Of a DNA stretch of 64,000 bases, positions 9,269 through 18,222 are shown in pieces. The translations under genes were made by a program, and so were the position numbers. Every line of letters begins with the position of its first letter. The first letter of the stretch is position 1. The notes beneath the pieces are model-generated. The model was not told the origin of the DNA. It did no database searches and saw nothing but the letters and a program-made list of their open reading frames with translations. Origin of the DNA: a bacterium (lineage in GTDB: Bacteria; UBA8248); assembly GCA_965202625.1 (NCBI GenBank), contig CBDBBI010000010.1:32001-96000 (forward strand), given 5' to 3'.

Positions 9269-10504
9269 CTACGCCGTGAGCAGCCTGTGGGTCGGCGCCG
9301 TCATCTTCTCAATGGGCAGCCCGTGCGTGCAGGCTCCGGCGCAGGTTTGGTGGGTGCAGGCGAGGCACGCGGACGCGCCCTCGCCCAAAAGCGCGTACTC
9401 CGCTCTGGCGAGTCGCATGTCCCCATAGTCCTTCGCGTACATGCGGGTGCGGAGCACGTCCGCGATGGGCACGCTTTGCGGGCAGGCACCCTCGCAGTCG
9501 TTGCACGCGTGGCGGCAATAGGACGCCCCGTTGAGGCGCGCGTATTTCTGGAGAATCGGCAGTTCGCGGCGCGATATCTTCTTCCAGCCCGAGGCGCCCA
9601 GAAATTCCGTGATCCGCTCCTTGCTCGTCATCGAAATGACGAGGGAGTCCACGTTCGGGTTCGAAAGCACCCAGCGGAAGGCGGCCTGCGAATACGTAGC
9701 ACCCCCCCGCTCGTAGGGCCGCATGTCGTTGAGGCGCGCGCCCATGAGCGTCTTCATGGCGATGACGCCGATGCCCCTGGCCTTCGCCCTCTCCAGGGTT
9801 TGGGGTAGTTTCGGAAAGCGGGCGATGAAGTCGAACCCGCGCGTGAACTTCTGGTAGAAGGCCGGGTCCTGCCCGAAGTTGTACGCCACTAAGAACACAT
9901 CCACGGAGTTCTGCTCGACGCAGTAGTCGAGGCATTCGATCAAGTTGCCCGCGTGACCCGACATGCCGGAGTACCTGATCTTTCCTTGTTCCTTGGCGCG
10001 CGCGACGAACTCGCCCCACTCTGGGTTTTTCATCCGGTTCACGTCGTTCACCGCGTGGTTGAAATAGACGTCCACGTAATCCGTCTGAAGCCTTCGAAGA
10101 CTTGCCTCAAGGGAACGCATCATCGACTCCTTCTCGTCCCTGGAGCCGGCGTGCGTCTTCGAGATGATATAGACTTCCCCGCGTCTTCCCTTGAGCGCGT
10201 TGCCGATGGTGGTCTCGGATTCTCCGCCTGTGTAGCTCTCCGCCGTGTCGAAGTAGTTGATCCCCGCGTCAAGAGCGTAGCGAACGAGGTCTTCCTCGCC
10301 AGCCCCCAGCCGGCTGCTGCCGAATGAAACGTCCGACATCTTGATGTCCGTCTTCCCCAGCGAGACGTAGCGGTGCACCCGATTTTGCGCGGCCTCCGCA
10401 TTCGGAATGGCGCGCGCCAGCGGCAGAAAACCCGCGCTCAAGCCGGCGAAAGCGCTTTTTCTCAGAAAATCGCGTCTCGGCAATAGTCTCGAATTCTCTG
10501 TCAT
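9269..10504 (-). CDS. aldo/keto reductase with Tat-like leader and C-terminal Fe-S Cys motifs
   Basis: RRDFLRK leader, GINYFDTAESY, CRHACNDCEGACP and CLAC..C...C. Confidence 0.88.
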   Translation of the reverse strand: MTENSRLLPRRDFLRKSAFAGLSAGFLPLARAIPNAEAAQNRVHRYVSLGKTDIKMSDVSFGSSRLGAGEEDLVRYALDAGINYFDTAESYTGGESETTIGNALKGRRGEVYIISKTHAGSRDEKESMMRSLEASLRRLQTDYVDVYFNHAVNDVNRMKNPEWGEFVARAKEQGKIRYSGMSGHAGNLIECLDYCVEQNSVDVFLVAYNFGQDPAFYQKFTRGFDFIARFPKLPQTLERAKARGIGVIAMKTLMGARLNDMRPYERGGATYSQAAFRWVLSNPNVDSLVISMTSKERITEFLGASGWKKISRRELPILQKYARLNGASYCRHACNDCEGACPQSVPIADVLRTRMYAKDYGDMRLARAEYALLGEGASACLACTHQTCAGACTHGLPIEKMTAPTHRLLTA

Positions 10505-10835
10505 CGTCTTTCCCTCCGGCAAAGGCGGTGCATCTCCCCATTGCACCCCATTTTTGCGTCCGGGTCAATTTGCAAAATTTCCTCCCCGTGTTCGCCTCCT
10601 CTCACGCCGATTCGGCAGATGCGAGGCTCTGGCGAGGGGTGGGGGTGAAGCAGGCGGAGATCGGGGCGACGACAGGCGTAGCGGTTGCCTATTCGCTATC
10701 AGGAGGAATCTTGGCGGTTTCATAGGGTGCTTTGCGGTTGGTGCCGCCGGCGAGCGGAAATCCGACGCGCGCCCATCCCGCTTCCTCCGGGAGGGCGGTG
10801 CTCGTCCGAGGCGGTCGTGAAGCGCGCACATCGGG

Positions 10836-12068
10836 TTATGCGTCGATCACCCGAAAGCTTCTGTCCTGCGGAATGAGCTTCTTCCAGCCGTTTTCTTTCA
10901 CGATCAAGGAGTATTCGATCTGGTAGCCCCCGTAGCCGAAGGCGCCCACAGGCGCCTCAACGTTGATCACCGAATTGACGGGCAGGGGCAGCTCGGAAGA
11001 TTTTGGCAGGAAGGGCTGATCGATTTTGGATTCACTCCCCAGAATAAAGGGGAACTCTCGCGCCTCAAGGCCAATCGTGTGGCCGGCGAAGGGGGCGTCG
11101 AACGCGGGGAAGCGAGCTTGGACGCCGCGTAGGAGCGCTTGGTATATCTGGCTGCCCGTGCAACCCGCCTTGATCACCTCCAGACATTCATGGAACCCTT
11201 CCTCGATGCCCTTCCACTCGCGCTGCGTTCGTGTGCTCGGCTCACCGATAGAGCCGCAGCTTCCTGTGTCGGCGTTGTAGTTTTGATAGAAAAGACCGGC
11301 GTCGAACATGAAGTGATCGCCCTTTTGAAGTTTTCTCTCGGTGGGCGGAAAGATGAAGACGCTCCTCGGGCCGCCGTTGAAGTGAAACCAGTGCCACATG
11401 CCGCCCGGTCGGGCCACCGCCTGACGCCAGACTTCCGCCGCTTCGCGTTCGCTGACGCCCTCGCGCGCGAAGTCGAACACCTCGGAGATGGCGTCCTCGT
11501 TTATCTGGGCGGCTTGGCGCAGGCGGTCGAGTTCGTCCACCGTCTTGACGAGCCGGGTCATCAGGAAGAGTCCCGATCCGGGGATGAATTCACAACCGGG
11601 GAGCCTCTCCTTCAAGGCGGCGAACAGGCTGTCCGGGCAGCCCTCCTCGTCCAGGGCGATTCTTCCGGACGTGATCCCCCGGTGTTTGAGAGCGGCGAGG
11701 AGGCCGTCGATAAGGGTGGGATGCTTGCCCCCGCTCTCGTGAAGCGTTAGGTAGCGCTCCATCTCCTCGTCGTGGGGCGCGTATCCTTCAGGTTCGATGT
11801 GATACGCTTGTCCTCCCCAGACGTAGACGTTCTCCGCGAACCCACCATAGGCGGCGTAGTAGGTGTTGTCCGCGCGGTTCATGACGAGATCGGTTCCGGC
11901 GTCCGGATCGTTCGTGAGCAGGGAATAGCTTCTCCGCGCCCGATAGACCCTTTGTGCCCAGCCAATGTGGCCCGTCAGATAGGTGACATTCTCCATCGTG
12001 GTGCCAATCATGGCCCTAACCTCGTGCTCCCTCATCAATTCCAGCGCGCGCTGCTTGTTGTAGAGCAT
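10836..12068 (-). CDS. M24 (Xaa-Pro peptidase/creatinase) family protein
   Basis: ENVTYLTG; D/D/H/E/E ligands (FDAG..YNAD, GHTIG, NVE, QIE); RBS before ATG at 12068. Confidence 0.88.
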   Translation of the reverse strand: MLYNKQRALELMREHEVRAMIGTTMENVTYLTGHIGWAQRVYRARRSYSLLTNDPDAGTDLVMNRADNTYYAAYGGFAENVYVWGGQAYHIEPEGYAPHDEEMERYLTLHESGGKHPTLIDGLLAALKHRGITSGRIALDEEGCPDSLFAALKERLPGCEFIPGSGLFLMTRLVKTVDELDRLRQAAQINEDAISEVFDFAREGVSEREAAEVWRQAVARPGGMWHWFHFNGGPRSVFIFPPTERKLQKGDHFMFDAGLFYQNYNADTGSCGSIGEPSTRTQREWKGIEEGFHECLEVIKAGCTGSQIYQALLRGVQARFPAFDAPFAGHTIGLEAREFPFILGSESKIDQPFLPKSSELPLPVNSVINVEAPVGAFGYGGYQIEYSLIVKENGWKKLIPQDRSFRVIDA

Positions 12069-12461
12069 GTTTTCTTCTCCTGGAGAAAATGTTCGGCCCC
12101 GTGGAACGCATCGCAAAGCATCGCGGGAAAATGTGTATCACAATCTGTTCGCTTCACGCCAGAAGGCGCACCTTGGCGCACGAGAGCCAGGGCGCGGCGG
12201 GGTCGATGCGTCTCGCATTCCGGAAATTTTCCGCTTCGGGCGGAAAGCACTCACTCGAAAAACCTCTTAAAACGGAAGGGACGAGCTCTCGTGGAGGCGG
12301 TTTCCGCGTCCGCCTCTGTGGGGAGCGTCTGCATGGACGATGAAGTTCCGCCCCTGCGGTCCGGCGGGCGCGCCTCGCCCTCAAAGCCTTGAACGAGAAA
12401 GCGCCGGTGTGTTTAGATAAGGTTGCACGCGCGGTTCGTCATTTTGAGGGAGGGTTGGAGC

Positions 12462-13037
12462 GTGAAATTGGATCGCCCGGATGCGGAGGCGCTTTTGTTC
12501 GAGTGGACCGAAGGCCCTGGCTTGCGAGCCCACGCCCGGTCGGTGGAGGCTGCCCTGCGCGCCTACGCGCGGAGGTTCGGGGAGGACGAGGCGCTTTGGG
12601 GCATCACCGGTCTGCTGCACGACATGGACTATGAAAAGTATCCTTCGCCGCAGGAGCATCCGAGAATCGGCTGCGGGGTGCTGCGTGAGAAGAGCTATCC
12701 GGAGGAGATGATTCAGGCCATTCTGGGACACGCGGAATACCTGGGGGTGCCCAGGGAGACGCGCCTCGCCCGGGCGCTTTTCGCAGTGGACGAACTGGTG
12801 GGACTCATCACTGCCGTCGCGCTGGTGAATCCGGCGAAGGACGTTCGCCAGGTGAAGCCGAGGAGTGTGCGAAAGAAATGGAAGGACAAGGCGTTCGCCA
12901 GGGGCGTCAATCGCCAGGACGTGGAGCGGGGCGCCTCCGAATTGGGGGTGCCTCTGGAAGATCACGTCGCTTTCACGCTGGAGGCCATGAAGGGAGTCGC
13001 GGCGGATTTGGGCCTGGATGGTTCGCTCGCGCGTTGA
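12462..13037 (+). CDS. HD-domain (HDIG) phosphohydrolase
   Basis: LRAH..VEA, GLLHDMDYE, LFAVDEL, KDKAFARGVNR. Confidence 0.9.
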   Translation: MKLDRPDAEALLFEWTEGPGLRAHARSVEAALRAYARRFGEDEALWGITGLLHDMDYEKYPSPQEHPRIGCGVLREKSYPEEMIQAILGHAEYLGVPRETRLARALFAVDELVGLITAVALVNPAKDVRQVKPRSVRKKWKDKAFARGVNRQDVERGASELGVPLEDHVAFTLEAMKGVAADLGLDGSLAR

Positions 13038-13074
13038 CGCCTTCATTTTATTGTAAAAAACTTTACGTTTTGCG

Positions 13075-13103
13075 TTGACGCAGTGGATGGATTTGCGCAT
13101 AAT
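13075..13103 (+). promoter_or_regulatory. sigma70-type promoter of korAB
   Basis: TTGACG-N17-CATAAT upstream of korA. Confidence 0.6.
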
Positions 13104-13255
13104 TCGCCGTCGATTGATCGTTCGATGAAACGCCATTGGGATTTGCAATGGGAATTATCGAAAAAGACCGGGCAAGATACGATACCTCGCGGTGTGGAAC
13201 ACCCTCCACGGATTCTCCAACGTCCAGTCAATCCAACTGAAGGACATTGAAAACG

Positions 13256-15112
13256 ATGGCTGAGTCTGCAAGTAGTAGCGGGGCGGAAAAGCAGCTTGTC
13301 GAACTCCAAACAGTGGCGATTCGCTTCGCCGGCGACTCCGGCGACGGGATGCAGCTCACGGGAGATAGGTTCACGAACGCGGCGGCGATCGCCGGGAACG
13401 ACCTGAGCACGTTTCCGGATTTTCCGGCTGAGATTCGCGCTCCGATAGGCACTCTCGCCGGCGTGAGCGGCTTCCAGATCAATTTCTCCAGCAAGGACAT
13501 CCACACCCCCGGCGACACCGTGGACGTCCTTGTGGCGATGAACCCCGCCGCGCTCAAGACTAGCATCGCCGATCTCAAAAGCGGCGGAATCGTCATCGTC
13601 AACGTGGACAACTTTGGCCAGAAGAATCTCGACAAGGCGGGCTATGCGGCCAACCCCCTGGATGATGAGGAGCTCAAGAACAACTACCGCGTCCACGAGG
13701 TGAAGATTACCTCCATGACGCGGCGCGCGCTCGAGGACATGGAACTGCAGTCCAACCTGGCGGATCGATGTAAGAACTTCTTTGCCCTGGGCCTCATGTA
13801 CTGGATGTACTCGCGCCCGCTGGAGCCTACGAAAAAGTGGATCGAGGAGAAATTCGCAAAGCGGCCCGAGTTCGTGCAGGCGAACACGCGCGCGCTGGAG
13901 GCGGGCTATTTCTTCGGCGAGAACACAGAGATCTTCACCAGCAACTACATCGTCCGGGAGGCGACCTACCCGTCTGGCAGATACAGGAACATATCGGGCA
14001 ATGTCGCCCTGGCCTATGGCTTTATCACCGCGACGAAGAAGATGGGGATCAACCTTTTCTGGGGCGCCTATCCGATCACGCCCGCCAGCGATGTTCTTCA
14101 CGAGTTGTCCCGCCATAAGAATTTCGGAGTGCAGACCTTCCAGGCCGAGGATGAGATCGCGGCCGTGTCCTCTGCCCTGGGCGCTTCTTTCGCCGGATCC
14201 CTCGGCGTGACCTGCTCGAGCGGCCCCGGTATCGCCCTCAAGGCGGAGGCCATGGGCCTGGGCGTGATGACGGAACTTCCCATGGTTATCGCCGACGTCC
14301 AACGGGGCGGCCCCAGCACGGGACTGCCCACGAAGACTGAGCAGGCCGACCTTCTCCAGGTGATGTTCGGCCGCAACAGCGAAAGCCCGCTGCCGATCGT
14401 GGCGGCAGCCACGCCGGGGGACTGTTTCTGGACGGCGATAGAGGCGTGCCGGCTGGCGGTGAAATACATGACGCCCGTCGTGCTTTTGAGCGACGGGTAT
14501 CTGGCGAACGGCTCCGAACCTTGGCTTCTTCCTAAGGCCGCGGAGATTCCTGAGATGCCGGTGTCCTTCCGAGCAGATCCGGAGGGTTTTCTGCCTTATG
14601 AGCGAGACCCAGCGACGCTCGCCCGCCCGTGGGCGATTCCGGGAACGCCGGGGCTTGAGCACAGAATTGGTGGAATCGAGAAACAGGACAGAACCGGAAA
14701 CGTCAACTACGAGCCGGAGAATCACGAACACATGGTGCGCACGCGCGACGCCAAGATCGCGGGAATCGCGAAGGACATTCCGCCCGTCGAGGTCATTGGC
14801 GAGCGTGGCGGCAAGGTTCTCGTGGTGGGCTGGGGCGGTACCTTCGGTGCCATCACGGCGGCGGTTGAGGCGCTACAGGCGCGCGGTGCCTCCGTATCCC
14901 AGGTTCACCTCCGCCACCTGAATCCATTTCCGGCGAACCTTATGGAGGTGATGGGCGGTTTTGAGAAAATCCTCGTGCCCGAACTCAACCTGGGGCAACT
15001 CTCCAAGATGCTCCGCTACCAGTTCCTCGTCGATACGATCAACTTCAACAAGATACAGGGCAAGCCCTTCAAGGTCGGCGAACTCATCACCAAGATCGAG
15101 GAGTTACTCTAA
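13256..15112 (+). CDS. korA: 2-oxoacid:ferredoxin oxidoreductase alpha subunit
   Basis: RFAGDSGDGMQL, YPITPAS, QAEDEIAA, VQRGGPSTG. Confidence 0.95.
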   Translation: MAESASSSGAEKQLVELQTVAIRFAGDSGDGMQLTGDRFTNAAAIAGNDLSTFPDFPAEIRAPIGTLAGVSGFQINFSSKDIHTPGDTVDVLVAMNPAALKTSIADLKSGGIVIVNVDNFGQKNLDKAGYAANPLDDEELKNNYRVHEVKITSMTRRALEDMELQSNLADRCKNFFALGLMYWMYSRPLEPTKKWIEEKFAKRPEFVQANTRALEAGYFFGENTEIFTSNYIVREATYPSGRYRNISGNVALAYGFITATKKMGINLFWGAYPITPASDVLHELSRHKNFGVQTFQAEDEIAAVSSALGASFAGSLGVTCSSGPGIALKAEAMGLGVMTELPMVIADVQRGGPSTGLPTKTEQADLLQVMFGRNSESPLPIVAAATPGDCFWTAIEACRLAVKYMTPVVLLSDGYLANGSEPWLLPKAAEIPEMPVSFRADPEGFLPYERDPATLARPWAIPGTPGLEHRIGGIEKQDRTGNVNYEPENHEHMVRTRDAKIAGIAKDIPPVEVIGERGGKVLVVGWGGTFGAITAAVEALQARGASVSQVHLRHLNPFPANLMEVMGGFEKILVPELNLGQLSKMLRYQFLVDTINFNKIQGKPFKVGELITKIEELL

Positions 15113-16132
15113 ATGGCTACCACGACGGCGAAAAACGGCGGCGGGCTGGGCCTCACGCGCAAGGACTTCCAGTCCGATCAGGTCGTGCGCTGGTGCCCGG
15201 GCTGCGGAGACTACGCGATTCTCGCCCAAATGCAGAAGGTGCTGCCGGGGCTCGGTATTCCGCGCGAAAAGTTCGTCTTCGTTTCCGGAATAGGTTGTGC
15301 GGCGCGTTTTCCCTACTATATGGACACGTTCGGATTCCATACCATTCACGGGCGGGCTCCGGCCTTCGCCACGGGCGTGAAAGTGAGCAATCCGGATTTG
15401 TCCGTCTGGGTCATCAGTGGGGACGGCGACGCGCTGAGCATCGGCGGCAACCACCTCATCCACGCCATGCGCAGAAACGTGGGGGTGAAGATCATCCTCT
15501 TTAACAACCGCGTCTATGGATTGACGAAGGGGCAGTATTCGCCCACCTCGCTTCTGGGTTCCAGGACGAAATCCACGCCTATCGGCTCAGTAGACTATCC
15601 TCTGCATCCGCTGACGCTCGCTCTGGGGGCGGAGTGCAGCTTTGTCGCACGCACCTCGGACAGGGATCAGCGGCACATGGCCTCAATGTTCGAGGCGATG
15701 GCGCGCCATGAGGGGACGGCCCTCCTCGAGGTGCTGCAAAACTGCATTGTGTTCAACGACGGCGCATGGCACAAATACACCGAGAAGGGGCTGAAGGAGC
15801 AAAACGTGATTTACCTGGAAGACGGCCAGCCCTTGGCGTATGGCCCAACTGACGACCGCAAGGGAATTTCCCTGAACGATTACAAGGTCGCGTTCATCGC
15901 CCCCGACGCGCCCGAGGTTACCACCCATCGCGTGGACGACGAAACGGGGGCTTACGCCCATATTTTGAGCCGAATTGAACTGGAGGGCGGTCCCGTCCCC
16001 CTTGGCGTTCTGAGAAAAGTGGAGCGTCCTCCCTTCGAGGAGTTGATGACGGAGCAGGTCGCGGCGGCCCAGGGGAAGGAGGAGGTCGACATTGACGCCC
16101 TTTTAGGCTCGGGAGATACTTGGGAGCATTAA
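15113..16132 (+). CDS. korB: 2-oxoacid:ferredoxin oxidoreductase beta subunit
   Basis: WCPGCGD, SGIGC, GDGDALSIGGNH, YGLTKGQYSPT. Confidence 0.95.
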   Translation: MATTTAKNGGGLGLTRKDFQSDQVVRWCPGCGDYAILAQMQKVLPGLGIPREKFVFVSGIGCAARFPYYMDTFGFHTIHGRAPAFATGVKVSNPDLSVWVISGDGDALSIGGNHLIHAMRRNVGVKIILFNNRVYGLTKGQYSPTSLLGSRTKSTPIGSVDYPLHPLTLALGAECSFVARTSDRDQRHMASMFEAMARHEGTALLEVLQNCIVFNDGAWHKYTEKGLKEQNVIYLEDGQPLAYGPTDDRKGISLNDYKVAFIAPDAPEVTTHRVDDETGAYAHILSRIELEGGPVPLGVLRKVERPPFEELMTEQVAAAQGKEEVDIDALLGSGDTWEH

Positions 16133-16247
16133 TAGAATAGCCTCTGGCCGTTTCACGGGCCGTCCGAATTCTTCTCATCCGGTGGCTTTTTTTTTCACTG
16201 TTGCGGATTTTCATGCCGCCCCTCAAGTTATCTCAAGCAAGCTTCTT

Positions 16248-17108
16248 ATGTCCAAAACTTTCACACTTCTTCTTGTTCACGCCCATCCAGATGATGAGTG
16301 TAGCGGGACGGGCGGGCTGATTCTCAAGAGCACGAGCGAGGGGCATCGCGTCATCCTCATCACCTGCACCAACGGCGAGATGGGCGAGGTGCGGCATCTC
16401 GACTTCCGCCTGGACCCGGACTCCCCGAAGGACAGAGACAGACTCGGGGAGATCAGGATGGGAGAACTCGCGCGGGCGGCGCGGATATTGGGGATTTCAA
16501 GGGTTCACCCTTTGGGCTATCGAGACTCCGGCATGGACGGCTGGGAGGGGAATCAGCACCCCGAGGCGTTCATCAACGCGCGCAGGGATGCTGTCGTGGA
16601 ACGGCTGGTGGGCTACATACGCCGCTACCGTCCGGATGTGGTCGTCACCTACAACGAGAAGGGCGGGTATGGGCATCCCGATCACGTGATGGCCAACAGG
16701 GTCACGACGGAGGCGATAGAGGCGGCGGGCTCCGCCCGATTCCCCAAGGGGGAGGCGTGGCGGGTGACCAAGTTCTATCACACAGCGTGGGCGCGCTCAA
16801 AAATGTTGCGTGCCTGGCGTTGGATGCGATTTCTGGGACAGAAAACGCCGCTGGACGATCCGGATTTCGATGAGGATAAGTTCGGTACTCCGGACGCGCT
16901 CATCACCACCCGCGTGAACATCAGGAGGCATCTGCGCGGTAAATGGCGCGCTCTCACTGCGCATCAAAGCCAAATCACGGGCAATTTCTTCTGGTGGTTC
17001 ATCCGGATGACGAGCCGTTGGCTCTACAACGAGGAGTCCTTCGTTTGCGTGTGCTCACACGTCAAGGTGGGCGAAAACGAGACCTCGGTGTTCGACGGCC
17101 TATTCTGA
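16248..17108 (+). CDS. PIG-L family deacetylase (MshB/Mca/BshB-like)
   Basis: VHAHPDDE, GYRDSGM, GGYGHPDH, AHQSQI. Confidence 0.9.
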   Translation: MSKTFTLLLVHAHPDDECSGTGGLILKSTSEGHRVILITCTNGEMGEVRHLDFRLDPDSPKDRDRLGEIRMGELARAARILGISRVHPLGYRDSGMDGWEGNQHPEAFINARRDAVVERLVGYIRRYRPDVVVTYNEKGGYGHPDHVMANRVTTEAIEAAGSARFPKGEAWRVTKFYHTAWARSKMLRAWRWMRFLGQKTPLDDPDFDEDKFGTPDALITTRVNIRRHLRGKWRALTAHQSQITGNFFWWFIRMTSRWLYNEESFVCVCSHVKVGENETSVFDGLF

Positions 17109-17498
17109 GCCGGTTTGAAGGGGCCGACTGACTTCGATTAAAAAACCGTTCGGGTCTCTTAGCATGAACATGCGTGCCCCCCAGGGGACGTTGCGGGGCG
17201 CGAAGACGACATCCGCCCCTTTTTTGAGGAGCGTGGCGTGGGCGCGGTCCACGTCGTCGGGCGCGAGTGTGAGGACGACGCCGGAGCCTCTGGGCTCGGT
17301 GAGGGGTTCGAGGCTCCATCTCCGCATCTCCGCATCCGAAATCGGCGCGTGTATGACGAGCGCGGTGCCTCTTAGCGTGTAGCACACGTGATTTTTCTCC
17401 CTGCTCGCTTCCTTCAGTTCCAATGTTTCTGTATAAAAACGGCGCGACGCCTCATAGTCTTTGGTGATGAGAAAAATGGCGGGCAGCGATTCGAACAA
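17100..17498 (-). CDS. VOC/glyoxalase family protein
   Basis: SRRFYTETL and PWGARMFMLRDPNGFLIEV. Confidence 0.88.
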   Translation of the reverse strand: MFESLPAIFLITKDYEASRRFYTETLELKEASREKNHVCYTLRGTALVIHAPISDAEMRRWSLEPLTEPRGSGVVLTLAPDDVDRAHATLLKKGADVVFAPRNVPWGARMFMLRDPNGFLIEVSRPLQTGSE

Positions 17499-17535
17499 GA
17501 CGAGAACTCCATGGTTTTCGCGTCGGGAGAAAAAT

Positions 17536-18222
17536 ATGCCCCATCCTTTGGTCGAACTGATAGAGGCATCTAAAACCTACGCCTCGGGCGAGTCCATCGT
17601 TCACGCGCTCAAGAACGTCAGCTTTTGCGTGGAACAAGGGGAGTTTATCACGATTGCGGGCCCGAGCGGGTCCGGCAAAAGTACGTTTTTGCGCCTCATG
17701 GGCGCGATCGACGTGCCATCGAGCGGCGCGGTCTTTTTTTGCGGGCGGGAAATATCGCGCTTGAGCGATGAGGGTTTGAGCCGTATTCGGCTGAGAGAGG
17801 TGGGTTTCATCCATCAATTTTTTCATCTGATGCCGACGATGACCGCCTATGAGAATGTCGCGCTACCCCTGGTGTTGCAAGGCAAAAAACGGGCCGAGTC
17901 CGGGGAGTTGGCGGAAAACGCCCTGGTGCGCGTGGGGCTGGAAAGCCGGATGCGGTGCTGGCCGAGACAACTCTCCGGCGGCGAGATACAAAGGGTGGCC
18001 ATCGCTCGCGCCGTCGTCCACGAGCCCCGCCTCATTCTTGCCGACGAGCCGACGGGGAATCTCGATTCCGAGAACTCACGCAACGTTCTGCAACTCGTCT
18101 CGCAACTTCATCGAGAAAATGGCTTTACGATTGTCATGGCGACCCATGACAAGATGCCCTTGCGGTACGCTACCCGAAGCCTCGAGATAACCGACGGACG
18201 CCTGAGGGCGGCGGACCGATGA
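17536..18222 (+). CDS. ABC transporter ATP-binding protein (LolD/MacB type)
   Basis: [24 protein letters not shown]. Confidence 0.93.
   Translation: MPHPLVELIEASKTYASGESIVHALKNVSFCVEQGEFITIAGPSGSGKSTFLRLMGAIDVPSSGAVFFCGREISRLSDEGLSRIRLREVGFIHQFFHLMPTMTAYENVALPLVLQGKKRAESGELAENALVRVGLESRMRCWPRQLSGGEIQRVAIARAVVHEPRLILADEPTGNLDSENSRNVLQLVSQLHRENGFTIVMATHDKMPLRYATRSLEITDGRLRAADR

Noticed and set aside
10550-10830. Intergenic gap as a possible ncRNA or small gene
   Set aside because: No recognisable motif or coding signal.
13043-14731. 562-aa minus-strand ORF
   Set aside because: Antisense shadow of korA.
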